Below, one piece after another: positions 35,913-49,915 of a stretch of DNA of 64,000 bases (its first letter is position 1; each line of letters opens with the position of its first letter). Source of the stretch: Sphaerodactylus townsendi (Eukaryota). The notes under the pieces were generated by a model that saw only the letters and a list, made by a program, of their open reading frames with translations, made no database searches and had not been told where the DNA came from. The position numbers and the translations under genes were made by a program. The stretch is taken from the NCBI RefSeq assembly GCF_021028975.2, contig NC_059433.1:58218001-58282000 (forward strand), read 5' to 3'.

Positions 35913-38900
35913 GAATTGAAGACATGGTTGTATTGAGCAGCATTTTGCTGAGGAATCAGATGGTTCAAAGGAAGCACCATCTCTGTGAGGCTGACTCATA
36001 GAAGAGAGGCATCATGCAACTAACTTGGACTGTGGATTCTTCTCCCAATGTGTGACTGAAGTCTTCAGTTGCAGCCTCAGTTTTCTTATTGTTGTTAAGT
36101 GGATCCTTGTTAGATGAATTTTCTTCACATTATTCCCTTTTATGGACACATGTAAATTGTACTTTTTTGTTTTTATTTTTTCTACAATTATCTAGTGTTT
36201 ATGGCATGAAATAATTGAATGTGTGAGAACAATGAAATATAGCTCTTTTTTTCAGAAATTCAGTCAGTATTTGGAGATTTAATTCAAACATAGTTGGTAA
36301 TATGACACACACACAGCCCAAAAAACATAAGATGGCCTTGAGGGGAGAGGGGAAGAGTAAAGGCCACAACATTTAATCAAGGTTTCCACAGTGTCTTTGG
36401 TGACAATCCTAAGTACATTTTCCTGTGAGTAAGCCTCAGTGAATCAATGGTACTTACTTCTGAGTTGACCTGCTTAGGGTCACTTTCTTTATTTTATGTT
36501 TCACCAATAGTATACTTATGAATTGGCCTTTTTGGTGATCATCATCAAAAATATGATCATCATCACCTAAATATTTTGAAGGCCCAAGTGCTTACGAACC
36601 TAGCTGAATTCAGTGGGACTTTCTCCCATGCAAAGGTGCATATACTTACAGCCTCATTAACACATAGTTCTTTCTTCTGATTAAGGCCTTCCTTGCCCTG
36701 TGTATGAATTTAGTGGTCTATGAATGAAAATTCTTGGTTTCATTCTCCAGAAATTCAGGGCAGGTATCTATATTTTGCACATATTTTTAATTTTCTTCCT
36801 GGAAGAAGCCCAACCAGAATGCATAGTATACTGGGTAGAGCTGGAGTAGCACTAACAGTAGTCTTAGGAGATGGGGAAGAATCACAAGGCCCTTAATTTA
36901 AAAGCTTAACAGAATACATTACTAATATAAATCTGTATAAAAAATTTGTAAAGTTGCCTGTAAATAACTCTAGAATGAGACTATGTACCAATGTGACATT
37001 TGGGTTTTTTAATTTAGTTTTCAACTATATAAAAAGTGAAACAACCAGCTTTCCCCCTCTCCATAGGCATTTGGCATTATTAGACATTTGCCTAGTTCTT
37101 TCATGTTCTACAGTTCTCATAGTGCATTCATTTATTTTATTTGTTTGTTTGTTATATTTATCTCTCGCCCTATTTGCCTTCAGTAATCCATGGCCTTGTA
37201 TTTCAAGATATGTTTGAATGTGTCAATGAATGAGTCATCAATGGTCATCAGGGAGGGGTAGAAAAGGATGTAACCAGCTGTACCGTTTACCTCAAGAGTG
37301 AGGTTGAATTGCTAGTGATGTTTTCATCAGTACATATTTTGATTCACACCATAAGATCTAGCAATTAAATGTGAAACCTATTTGGGGTGATTCTTTCACC
37401 TTAATAGACAGGATGTATCACTGTGAATAGTGCAGATAGCATAGATAAGATTTCAACTAAATGCAAATTGAATGGATTCATAATTATCCAGCAGTTCTTA
37501 GATGCCCTGCCTTGGTATTCTGAAGTTTAATGACATGGACTCTGTGAGCAAAGATTTGGGACAATATCTGGTCATGAGCATTTATATGAACAGCAGCTTT
37601 GCATCAACACCTGCTTTTTTGACATTTGCAGGTAAGAAAAGTAGTCCTGTGGTCAAAGCATCCTTCAGCACCTTCAGTTGGCAATTGTTTTATAAGGATA
37701 CTGACTGCACTGCTAAGCCAGGACATTTCTCTTCCTTTTAAAAAATTCCAGACTGCAAACTATCAATTTCTCGTAACAGCATTTGATAGCTGCAAACAAA
37801 AGTTGGTGTCACAGATTAACTGGCCTCCCTGCTTCTAAACTCATGCTTGTTTAGCTTCATTATAATAAACTATAAGTCCTAAACTGTTTGAAGCAGTAAA
37901 CAAAAGTGCTTATTTCCTAACCCTGTAAAATACTCACTGTGCATAAACATTTCTACATCCTCCCACAGAAAGTCCACTTAAGCTCTTAACATAAAAAGTC
38001 TTTGAATAAGGCAAGAGTGTTTTTCCCCTCTGTGCCCATCTGGAACCTCCAGCCCAAACCTTTGCATCAGGTTCGCTGTTTATAGCAGCAGCATAATATT
38101 CCTGGTTTACATACTCTAGTCAGGCTGGCAGTATCTTTGCAGAGGTTTGCAGGGTCTCAGGCAGAGGTTTTTCACATCACTTGCTTCTTGGTCCTTTTCA
38201 CTGGAGATGCTGAGAATTGAACCTGGGGCCTTCTGCATGCCAATGAAATGCTCTACCACAGCACCTCCCCTTCTTCTCCTTTGCAGAAGAAATTAGTCTT
38301 ATGACTGAGCCTGAAGGTTCATAGTTTGATCTTATCTGGTTGTAACTGATTGTGACTACATGAGCAGCCCCATGGAGCAGCATTGGAGTGCCCCAAGTAA
38401 CCCTGCCAGAGGAATATATGGGTTGGGCTGAGAAGGATGCTGAGATACTGATTGAAGAGCAGGGCAGACTCTCCAGCAGGACCATCAAAAGATGGTGGGA
38501 GGAAAGTGTTGAGGTCAAGAGGATCTAAAGAAAGAAAGGCCACAGCTGCAATAGAGCAGCCAAGAAAAAGGCAGAAGGGAGGCAGCAGAAGCCTGCCCAA
38601 GCACCAGCCACTTGTAGCAGGCCAGACAGGAAGTGTTGGAGCTGAAAAGAGATCTTGGGGATGCACCTGACGAAGGAAGCAGCTAACTCAGCACTGGCAG
38701 GGAAACACTGGGTAAAGGAGGATTATAAAGAGGAACCGGCTTGTTAGAACCCTGGAAAGTGGCACAGCTTCTAAGGACAAGAGGGGATGAAGGTGTTACA
38801 GGGGGTCACCAATGGGGCTCAGTATGGGAGCCAGAAGACAGTAGAGATGGCCAAGTAGGAACCTGCAGGGCTAACTCCTAACTCAATCGTAAAGCACCCC

Positions 38901-39699
38901 TAGCCAGTCTAAGACCTCAGTGAATGTGATACTGATTTTTAGATACTTGGATCCAGAGACTCGAGTCCTTGCATGAACAGACCAGACAGATCTTTTTACA
39001 AACCTGAAAATGCCCCAGGTTTTGCAGAAAAATCTGAACTTAAGAAAAAAACTTTGGATGGTTAAACATCACATGTACCTGAACATTTAAGAAATGGATG
39101 CCCTAAGAAGAGGAGGCAACCTGCCTTGCTGGCTTAAAAAATGTTAATACAAAAAGAGAGCAAGATAAAAGCAAATGTCTCTTTCAGTCAGTGAATGAAT
39201 CAGGGGTTTGATTTTCCATCTATCACAAGGCAGAAAGTAACTCACTATTCTGTAAGCCAAAAGCTGTTGCTCAGCCTACAAATGAAATGGGTTAAAGTGG
39301 CCACTGATAGCCAGGGAATTACTTCCAGCACAGAGAAAGAATCAAACAGTGGAGGATTACAAGCCATAAGATGAGCAAGTAATGCCAGGTGAAGCATTGC
39401 TAGGCTGAGGGGCTTGCCAAGATTGCTGCATATTGAAGAGGCCAATTATCATGCAATGTCTCCTGAATTAAACGATGACTGAACAATGGCAGTGATTGGT
39501 GGATTATAATGTGTGATTTGAGCTTTCAAAAAACATTCAGTTTCTGTCATGAGACAGCTTTAAGATAACATTATTGAGAGAATGTATTCAAATCTGTCCA
39601 GTGAAGCTGGTGTTAGTGAAGAACCTGATCCGTGATGCAGCTGTGTATTAATGTCTGGATTAGCATTCCAGTGCTGAACTTCAAAGAGCATCTTTAGGC

Positions 39700-39953
39700 A
39701 AAGGTTTGATTCCCCACTTCTCCACATGAGTATTAGAGCCTTATCTGGTGAACCAGATTTGCTTTTCCCACGCCTACATCCCTTCTGAGTGACCTTGGGC
39801 TAGTCACAGTTCTTTGGAACTCTCTCAGCCCCACCTGCCTCACAAGGTGTCTGTTGGGGGGAGAGGAAGGGAAAGGTGTTTGTAAGCTTCTTTGAGTCTT
39901 CTTACAGGACAGAAAGGTGGGGGGAGGGAATAAATCCAAACTCGTCTTCTTCT
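39700..39953 (+). mobile_element. Squam3-like SINE
   Basis: B-box-like ggtttgattccc, gtgaccttgggctagtcacag core, CTT tail. Confidence 0.75.
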
Positions 39954-41994
39954 AACATTGATACATGATTCCATTGTGGAATTCACTGGTATTTGAAGTG
40001 CTTATCTGATGACAAATTGTGTCTCCAATAAATAGGAAGAGAACAGGAATACCAACCAATTCAGGCTTTTGATATCTTGGAATTGGTCCCAAAGTCTGTC
40101 TTTCACTGTATCTTGCATCTCCGGGATAGCATTAGTTTTGTTTTTATATGGTACTGCAACTAATACAGAGAGGTCTGAAAGGCCTCAACAGCACCCTGCA
40201 TAGAATTGCCAGCTCCGGGTTGGGAAATAACTGGAGATCTTAGGTGTGGAGCCTAAGGACAGGGTTTGGGAACATCAGTGGGATATAATGCCATAGAATC
40301 TTCTTCCAAAACAGCCATTTTCTCCTGCTGAACTGATCTCTGTCACTTGGAGATCAGTTGTGACTTCAGGAGATCTTCAGCTATCATCTTGGAGGTTGGC
40401 AACCCTCACCTTGCATGACCCCAACTGTGCTCCAGCATATGCCTTCAAATCCTCAAACCTTGCAGCAGAAGTAGTAAGGAAAGTTGGTTGAACATTTTGC
40501 TGAATGAGGCAGTCTTTTTTTAAAAAAAAAAATACTATACACCTCCCATGGCTGAAAGAGTTGCATATTCGCCTATTAAAGTGACTGTGGTGAAGAAAAT
40601 GCAACATCTATGGTTGTTGTATACTTAGGGCACTGCTGAAAAGGAAGTTGAACCTGTTGATTATCTGCCTTGACACTCACTATACTAATGGGCTGGAAAC
40701 CACCAGACCCTCCCAAAAAATCACTGGTTGTATATAGAGAAAGTGAATGTCATATGTGTTGAATTTCCACCTGGACATATCCCTCAACCCAAATGCTGGG
40801 CTGACAGACCAAGGCTAAGAGATGGCAAATGCCCCAGTACATGACGTATTGTAACAATCAACATGTGTTGCTTTTCGCAGTAGAGTTAAATCTGCCTAAA
40901 TGCTTTCCTCAAGTAAAATGCATTTTTGAAATCCTAGAATCATGCTACCAGGTACTATAAGGGGAATGGTGCTCCAAATATGCCTTTGCACAATGTGTGA
41001 AATAACCTTTAGCAGGGAATTTCAAACCTGGAACCAGTTTTTCTTATGGAGGAAATGTCCTTGTTTGAAAAATACTGAGAATGGTTTGTAGATGCATAAT
41101 ACTGCAGCACACAATGAGTCAGCAAGAACAACAGATGGCTTATGTGCATTTGAGGAGGTAATTTCTTTTGCAAAACAATATTAAACAAATAAATGAAGAT
41201 TGGATAGGAGTGGCACAAAGCACATCTTGTCAGATGTTTAATTAGACAGAAGAGACATCCCCCAATTTTAATTGCTTTGCTTTCTTGAGCAGTGCAATCT
41301 CATTCAAAATTGCCTCAATCAGCTGCTTTAATTTTTCTTCCTTGGTTAAGAAGTCTTAGTATCTACATTATAATTTACCAATAAAGTCCACAATAGAAAC
41401 AGAAGGAAACAACCATCCAGAAAGGTACTGATGGTTAAACTAAAAGGTTGTTTCTCTTCTTAATTACAATTCACATAATTAATCATCCATTTAGGTTGCT
41501 TTCAGCTGTGTACCAGACATTATAGTTATGAATAAAAATAGTTTGTAGATCCTTAGAATGTTAAATATTGTATGCACATGATAATTGAGTCTACAGGAGT
41601 GTCAAGGACAGAACTGGGATGCATACATTTTGCAAGGAAAACATTTTGCTCTGACTCCTGATTTACAAATGAAATCATTGTAGTTGATTCCTGATAGACC
41701 ATATGATTGCACGCCAGATCCCTCAGCAAATTAAAAGTGAAAGAAATCACTTTTCAGTTTTTGTCTCCCCAGGAAATATTAGAAATGGATACAACACAAT
41801 TATTTTTCACCTCCTCATTCTTGTAAGCTGAACTGAAGGGCTACCAATATCCTGGAGAAAAAGCAGGTTTGATGGGTTGAGATGGGCACTAAAGTCTTCA
41901 CCAAGACGAATATCATCACCTAGTAAATATTGTCCTATTAAGCCTGTGTTAAAGGGATTTTCTTCAGGATGTTGGCAACCCTAAATACAAGTGA

Positions 41995-42450
41995 TTATTT
42001 ATTTGTTTATTTATTACATTTACGCCCCGCCTGTATACAGGATCTCTAGGCTGCTACAGCATTAAAACACCATCCTACATAAATACATCCATTAAAAACA
42101 CAGCAAACAAAAGTTAAAAACCCAATCCTAACCTCATCCCACCTCCACAACCAGCAGCATGATGGAGGGGACATCCAGGGAGACTAACCAAATGCCTGAG
42201 TGAAGAGAAAAGTATTTGCCAGGCCCTTAAACCCATACAGGGTAGGTAGTAGGCAAACCTCTGTGAGATTATTCCAAAGTCTGGGGTCAATTATCGAGAA
42301 AACCTTCCCGTGTGTCCTTGCCCCCCATATCTATGCACAGAGGTACCACAAAGACAATCCCATCCTGTGACCTCAGTGCCCTGGCAGGTACATATAGGAG
42401 CAGGCATTCCTTTAAGTAGGCAGGGTGTAAGCAGTTTCGGGCTTTGTACA
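41995..42450 (-). mobile_element. Degenerate L2-like LINE 3' fragment (similar one at about 55015-55520)
   Basis: (TATT)n tail followed by tacgccccgcc and ttccaaagtctggggtc..gagaaaacc motifs resembling reverse L2 ORF2 ends. Confidence 0.45.
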
Positions 42451-45054
42451 TATTACATTTAGCAATCCGTTATGATTGTACAGTTTTTCTCTGCTCAGTA
42501 TCCTACAATACAGCCTCAGTTGCATCCAAAGAAGTGGATGCAATCTTAGTTCACCTAAGATTACACCAGAATAAAATTTAGTTTATCTTAAAGAGGGTCA
42601 CAACATTTCTATTTGTTTTGCTGCCAGCTGAAGAAGACAATGCTGAGTTAAATGAACCACAGATCTGACTGTATAAAGCAACTTCTTACATCTACCAATC
42701 CATTGATTTTATTTAGCTTTTATTTAGGCTACAAGCTCATGAACATCTGCTTGAAAGTGCACCTCTGTTAACACAGTGGGATTTATCCTAGAGTAAGCAG
42801 GCACAAGACTGAGATGAATGAGACAGGTTCAGAAGTGAAGCCGTGTCAGTCTGCAGTAGAAGAGCTAAATTCAACTCCAACAATACCTAAGAAACCAACA
42901 AGATTTTTTTTGGGGGGGGGGGGAGGGGGGATAAACTTTTGAGAGTCAAAGGGTATTGCTTGTTAAAATGGCATCCCTCAAACATCTTCATTGCATGCTG
43001 TTGGGGAGCACAGATGGATGCTGGTTGGGAGCAGGCCCAGCCAGGCTTCTCCACCCTATCTCCACATGGAGATCAGTTGTGAGGCCCGATTTCCATATGG
43101 CAATCCAAGCAACAATGACCCATTTGAGCCTGGCATTAGCTGGGCTTGAATCCAACTCTAGGCTACAGGCTGGAAGGCTGCAGCTTAGAGCTGGATCCAA
43201 GCCTCATTGAGGCTCAAACTGAGCACCCAGCTAGTCCTCCCCTGTATTTATGTTGGCTCCACCACCAAGGTCCACCTGACCAAAGGTGAAACTTGGGGAT
43301 GAAGATGATATACCGGTATAGAAGGACTGGCTGTGTGCTCAGTTTGCTGCTGGCCTCAGCGAGGCTTGGGGCCAGCTTTAAACTGCAGGCTGGAAGTTGC
43401 AGTTGTGGCAGGGTGCCTGGCCCCACACTTGGACTCCATGTGGAGTTTGGGAGCAGATGGTCTTTTAATTGTGCCCCGACCCCAAACAAGATTGGAATGC
43501 AGTTGCAAGGGGCAGGGCAGAAGTGGGGGCAAAGTCTCTAGCTTCCACATAGTCCCCTCACTACGCCCATGGTCAAAGCTCCTGTCTAAGTACTGAAATT
43601 AAGAGGATTTGAGCCCCAAAGCAATAGCTGCTTTTAGTTAATGGTTCTACAACTGTGGCTTAATGATATATTCATGCACATGGTTGCTGTTTGTAGATTC
43701 CCAGTTAGATCTGGCAGCACATAATATTGCCATATTTCTGGCTGGAATCTGTTGTGTCCTGTCCACTGCAGGATTTTTGCCATCCAACAAAGCAGATCTA
43801 CCGGCTGAATGAAAATTTTCATTTTTAAATACATTTGCATTGTTCTGTTAAAAAGACTATTTTTGCTACTCCAACTCTCGTAAAAATGAAAGCAATAGTC
43901 TGTATTCATTTTTCTGTGATGGTATTTAGATTCTAACGTTGTGGTTAAATCTTGATTGCTATTAAGTTTTCACTTTGATAAACTGGCCAATATAGGCCAT
44001 CTAGTGCCAAACTTGCAGAAGTGCATTAAAACAAAAATTAAACCTGCTCACATAGGAATGAAAATTATTTGTATCGTTCACTGAAACAATGTCCTGCCCC
44101 CAATGTCAGTGTGAAACGTGCCCCAGGCAAGGGAAGATCAGAAGGGTGGGGAAAAGACACATGGATTGAAAGTCAAGCACATTTTACTATGCCTAACCGG
44201 ATTGTTTCCAAATCCCATTCAATCAGCTGTGTGATCCAATCTTCAACAAAACATTCTATGCCAGTGGAGATGCAGGAACCTCTTCCAGGTCTCAGTATAG
44301 GTTTGCCAGGTGAGTTTGAATCAATAAAGAGAGATACTGTGACAGTAGAAAAACATGAAAGCCATTCTGCAGCAGATCCACTGAACTCCCCAACTGGGCC
44401 CAACTACTCCGACTAACCAATCATCTGCATATCAATGAGCCCCTCAATGAGCATATCAAGGGAGCAATTTGCAGTAAGTTCTCTTACAGCTCACAGTATT
44501 CCAGTTTCAGCTCTGACTGAGGCTGAGAGGTACATTCTGTCCTGTAGTAGTAGCTCCTTCTATTCCTAGTAAAGTTTCTTAGTAAAGTGTCTTAATGTAC
44601 ATTTGGGTTACTATGAAGTGAAATACTCTGAGACTTTGTGAAACCCTGAATTTAAGATTATATTTTCTACTATAGTAATACTTTACAAAATCTCTTACCT
44701 ATCACACCTATCACACCTATCACACCTAAGCACACAGGCACTTGTAAAAGTTTTTAATGGGGAATTCTCTAGTCCTTTCAGCACTTGGATTCTGACTGTC
44801 TCATTATTTAGCCAAAACTCCAAATTACTGTTCTGCAAGCTTGGTTGCCATTGGAGGACCCCATGTTAGAATAGTAAACATACTTTTTAAAGAAAAAGTG
44901 GTAATCCAGACCTTAGCTTGGAATACTTGTAATAGCTTGGAGGAACACCTCTCTCATGGTGAAACTGACTCATAAACAGCTCTGCTGAATAGTAGGAAAG
45001 GGAGTAAAGACACGTCATCAAAAGAAAGCACTCCTGAATATATTCTTAGTTTCC

Positions 45055-45060
45055 TTTATT
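45055..45060 (-). promoter_or_regulatory. Candidate distal polyadenylation signal for GGH (AATAAA)
   Basis: AATAAA on the - strand with U-rich/UGUA-containing sequence upstream and GU/U-rich sequence downstream; implies a 3'UTR of about 2.4 kb. Confidence 0.5.
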
Positions 45061-47430
45061 AAAGGTTTTATATAGCAAAATACAAAGCACATCCAATCTA
45101 CTTTAAGTAAATAGTTACGAAGCAAAATCAGAGAGAAAGACTTACATGGTAAATAAACAATACAATATTTTCTCTTTTTTTACATTCAATTTTGAATTAG
45201 ACTGTATCTCCTCATTTATAACTATTACATTTGAAAACAAACACCTATACAAAAAGTGCAATTAAGAAAACATGGCTACAGATACACAGCCCTATGTATC
45301 AAAGGCCTGACCCTGAACCTTATCCCAAACTTCATAACCTCAATAGCTCCACAAGTACTCACAACGTACACTTCTGTAACCAGCACAGAACATTCCATTT
45401 TCACAGGCACACAGATCTGCACATGGATGTGCAGCCACTCCAACTGCTGGCAGTACCTTTATCAAATAAACCATTTCAACCCACGGAGGAAGTAATCCCA
45501 AAGGACTACATATATTGCACCTGACAGAAAAGCATACACAAGTTTTTCCAGTAGGAATCTACCCTTCCAACTAGCAAATTCTTTCTGATGCATTAAAATA
45601 TCAAATGTGATACTGTTACTCAATAAATGTCACCTTGGAATGTTCTTTGATTACAATGGTGATTGCATCATGGATAAAAGAAATAACTAATTACACCTAC
45701 TAAGCATATTTAGCACCAAGACTGTCACCCAGTTAAAAAAAAATCTTAGTCAATGTCTCCTAAATTCTAATTATTTGTACCGAATATGTCTCATTGATAA
45801 ATCAAGAGGCGCCTACATTTGTATGTGAATAAAAACAATCATGCATTTGTCACAGCAGGGACCATTTCAAAAGAGGTGCTCTTCTGTGTGAGCACAAGAA
45901 GGGAGATGCCACCAGTTTTTGTAAGAACTTGTAAGGCGATGGGTTTTTGAACAAGAAAATCCATTGAGTAATTTTCTGCAAGTGATTTTTATGAAATCAA
46001 AACGTTTCTAAGCAATAACCTGGATACAATGACTAGGAGTGTACACTTGTGTTCCACTGAACACAGAAGAACCAGGAAATCATACTTAGGAACAGATTGC
46101 AAAATGTAATAAACTGTTTAGCATTAGAATTGAGGCACAAGTCAGAGACCCAGACTGGACAAATTTGGAAGCAAAGTCCAGAAACAGATTATGAGCTTGA
46201 TCCTAAAGAGTCAGATCAATGTGGAAAAGACAGAAGGACAGTGCTTTACAATGTGGAAGTTTTATGGGGCAGAATGGATCAAGTACCTCAAGGGAGAGTA
46301 TGAGGAGAGATCAAGCACTGGAGGGAATGCAAGCTAAGTATAAAAGAAAATTAAGCCAGTGTTATTCAGGGAAAGCTTTGCTAAAGCAATGTATCCCAAA
46401 TAGCAGCATTAGAAGCATTCTGCTACCTGGGGTCAGGTATAAATGGCATGAGGGAGGAGATTAGTCTATGTGGGGGGGGGGGGGGCAAAAAAAAGAGAAA
46501 GCAAGAAAAGGAGCCAAAAAGGCTCCCAGTACATGGCTCAGTGGGTTCAAAAATTCTCCATTTTGTATTTCCAAATAAGTCCTTTGTCAAAAGGGCGATT
46601 CCCTGAGAATTTTATATCAAATCACTAAAAATGCAGTTTCACATGAACAGAAGCTATTGCACCAAGATCCTCTGTAGTCTTGTGATGTAAACTCATTTCT
46701 TTCCACATGCATGACAGCAGGCCTCTTCAGTTTCTTCAAACAAACAAGATTTCTGAATTCAGAGCTGAACTCTAAAAACAATTCCATTCCACTGTAACAT
46801 GATTTTTTTTAAAAAAAAAAAACAAACCACACCATGTACTATGAACTGAAGCTCATAAACGTCAGTTCTGTTGTTTACCACTAGCACATAGCAAAAGAAA
46901 GGTCTATTCCTGGGTACAGAGCCATCAGAATGATTCCTCTGATCTTTACTCTTTTGGAAAGTGGGAACTTTGCCCAATGCATACAATTTTATGGGATGGT
47001 AAATGTGAGAACAGGACCTGTGTGGTTTTGCAGATTATAGTCTATGAACACAAATCACCAAGTGTGGCTCCTGCCACGTTCTGAACCAAAGGATCTGTGC
47101 AGGGGCAGACTCCACTATATGTTGCTCTCCATTTGTGAATAAGGATTTGTGGCACAGTCCCCAGGAAAATTCTCCTTCACACATCTCTTTCATCACAATG
47201 TTCTTAAACAGCTTCCCAGCCATTTCACGGAGGCTTTCAACAGAGATCCTTCCTTGGAACGGAACACAAGAAGGCTATTCTACGGAGAACATGAGGAAAA
47301 AATAATTTTAGATAGAATGATAGGCAGCCTGAATGTTTGTCATTTGCAATGCTTTGCATTCATTTAATTCCAAAACATCTTGAAGCTGAAAATTTTCAGA
47401 ATGACCTGTGCCATACCTCTGACTGAGGAC

Positions 47431-47552
47431 TTAGTCAAAAAAATAAGCCTGGTCAAATGAAGAAAAACGTCCAGTGAAAACAGGGTTAAAATTGTAAATC
47501 AATGCCTCTGCCTCTTCCTTTTTGCTGGAAAATTGGTGGTTGCTCTTCTGGG
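47431..47552 (-). CDS. GGH: GGH exon 9, coding part (AQKSNHQFSSKKEEAEALIYNFNPVFTGRFSSFDQAYFFD*)
   Basis: ttttccag acceptor, ALIYxF and terminal YxFD motif, TAA at 47433-47431; 122 nt. The nine exons sum to 981 nt in one open frame. Confidence 0.96.
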
Positions 47553-48084
47553 CTGGAAAATATTTGATAATTATAGGTTACTTCAGAGCTATAAGACCGA
47601 CTCTGTTCTCAATATACAGTTGTGTTGACCATTCTGATATGAAAGAAACTGCTACAGTCCAAACCCTGCCCATGAAAGGGCTTTCTGATCTCCTCTTCAA
47701 AAGGAACTCTTGGAAACACATGAATCTTCCTTTCTTTGGGACATGACATTTAAAGAATACCTTTTACAATACAAGTGCATTGAGAGTGACTTGGTTACTG
47801 AAATCAGTATTGATACAGGAGTTTAGACTGTAACTGTAACAAAGTCACAGCCCCAGGTTAACTTTAAGACTGTGGTGGAAGTTGCTATAGATCGTTCTCT
47901 TGATGCTGGCGGCACAAGCAACCACGGACTGCAATTTCAGATAACCACCCAGCTAGCCAACTGTCTAAAATTCTTCAATATTATTGATTAGTTATATCTG
48001 TTCAAAGTTTAATTTATAAATAAAATTTAGTATCCTCTGATCTACTACTACTGCTTTCAGAAAACTTGGTTGTATCCTACATTT

Positions 48085-48388
48085 GAGAAGAAGAAGAAGA
48101 GGAGGAGGAGGAGGAGGAGGAGGAGGAGGAGGAGGAGGAGGAGTTTGGATTTCCTTTCTTTCCTGTAGGAGACTCAAAGGGGCTTACAATCTCCTTGCCC
48201 TTCCCCGACTCACAACAAACACTCTGTGAGGTGGGTGGGGCTGAGAGTGCTCTGAAGAACTGTGACAAGCCCAAGGTCACCCAGCTGGCGTGTGTGGGAG
48301 TGTACAGGCTAATCTGAAATCCCCAGATTCCCTCCATAGTTCAAGCAGCAGAGCGGGAAATCAAACCCGGTTCCTCCAGATTAGAATT
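48085..48388 (-). mobile_element. Squam3-like SINE in GGH intron 8 with (CCT)n(CTT)n tail
   Basis: Closely matches the reverse complement of 53725-53997. Confidence 0.85.
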
Positions 48389-48448
48389 CAAATATTCAGA
48401 TTAGAATTCAAGTAGAATTCAAGTAGATTAGAATTCAAGTAGAATTCA
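48379..48448. repeat. Short tandem repeat of (gat)tagaattcaag units at the truncated SINE 5' end
   Basis: Five TAGAATTCA copies. Confidence 0.85.
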
Positions 48449-48649
48449 TGTAAAATGGACTCTGGCCTCAAAAGCTCACACTGGAACACTTTTGTTCGCT
48501 TTCAAGATATCTTAACCACTTCATTTAGATTTTACTTTTAGCTCAGCATGCGGTAATGAGTTCACAGCTAATAAGCATGTCTTCAATTCAAATGCAAATT
48601 CACTAAATCCATCTATAGATCTAAAATAGACTTTACAAAAATTCCATAC

Positions 48650-48787
48650 CTTCATTAACTAAGAAGTCAGCAATATAATATGTTACTCTCATAGCCGATC
48701 GAGAATGTGGTATTCCTGTTCTGTTGTTCCATTCAAATGGATTTTTCTCTGGATGCCACTGGACACCATAAACTGGGTATGCATATG
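48650..48787 (-). CDS. GGH: GGH exon 8 (AYAYPVYGVQWHPEKNPFEW...ADFLVNE), catalytic His-x-Glu
   Basis: YGVQWHPEK motif; ttttctag acceptor, G|GTATGG donor; 138 nt. Confidence 0.97.
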
Positions 48788-49915
48788 CTAGAAAAAGAAT
48801 ACATTTTTCATTAATCCAAACCACACAAGAACTTTATATAGTGCAACAAAGAATTCAAAGCAATTCAGTGCAATATCTTGCAATAATTCTTATAAGGTAC
48901 CTTATAAGGCAGATCCGTATTCTATATCTGTGATGCAGATGAAAGTTAAGAAGTTAAGGGAAAATGGCTTCTGAAAGCCATGAGGCAAGTTCATGGCAGA
49001 TGCAAGACTCAGACTGAAAACTTCTGCTTGTCCTGCACCAACTCTCAAGTTTAAAGAGTATCAGTGGAAAAGTTAAACAGGGCAACCTAATATCTTGGTG
49101 TCATGTAATGTAACTGGCCTATGGCCCAGTCATTAAATCTGTGAGCTCCTTGCAGCAAGGAACATCTTCGCTTGCTTCAAAAGTGCAAAGGCATAATTAA
49201 GACTGGTAGCATATGCTTGTACAAGATATACTGCAAAATGTAGTTGCAAAATATGTTTAGCTACAAAACTATAAGCAGCTTAATAGGTCACACACTGCAT
49301 GTCCTGAAGAGGAAGCATCAGCTCATGCCAGTGGCAAAAAAAATTGGTCCAGGGAAGAAAACTAGTATAAAATGCTGGAGCCATTAAAAACCCTTTGATG
49401 TCCCTTTTCCTGCTAGTGCCAGGAAAACAAACCCTAATTAGCATTTGTGACAATAAAATTATGGATGTGACTTCCAAGGGAGAAACTAATGCACCAGGAG
49501 ATGAGGTTATTCTGCCAGTCCATGTATTTGAATACGTCCCACGGCAAATCTGAATCATGAGGCATGTCCTTGAGCAGAAAGAATTGTCAAGTGACTGTAC
49601 TGAAAACATGAGTTATTCATCAGGGCTTGGGCGTGAGGAGCTTCAGAGACCTGCAAAGCATATCCTAGATTAGGATGTTGAACAGCCTTCCCTTTTGGAA
49701 CTGGCTTTTCGTCTTGCAATCATCTTTTCTTACATGTAGCCTTATGATTCTCTGATTTGATACAACATGGAATTTCCCTGCATGTTTGGCTACACGTGGC
49801 TCTGAGGTCTGAGGAAGCTCTAAAGCATGCTTCATAATGGGAGAGGATCTTGGGGTAATAGCCATGTACGGCCAACATAGGGTGGTCAATAAAAGTGGCA
49901 GGCCTGACTCCTCTC

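Noticed and set aside
44696-44727. (ACCTATCAC)x3 and other small tandem duplications (18094-18145, 35377-35427, 50328-50400)
   Set aside because: Ordinary slippage duplications with no further structure.
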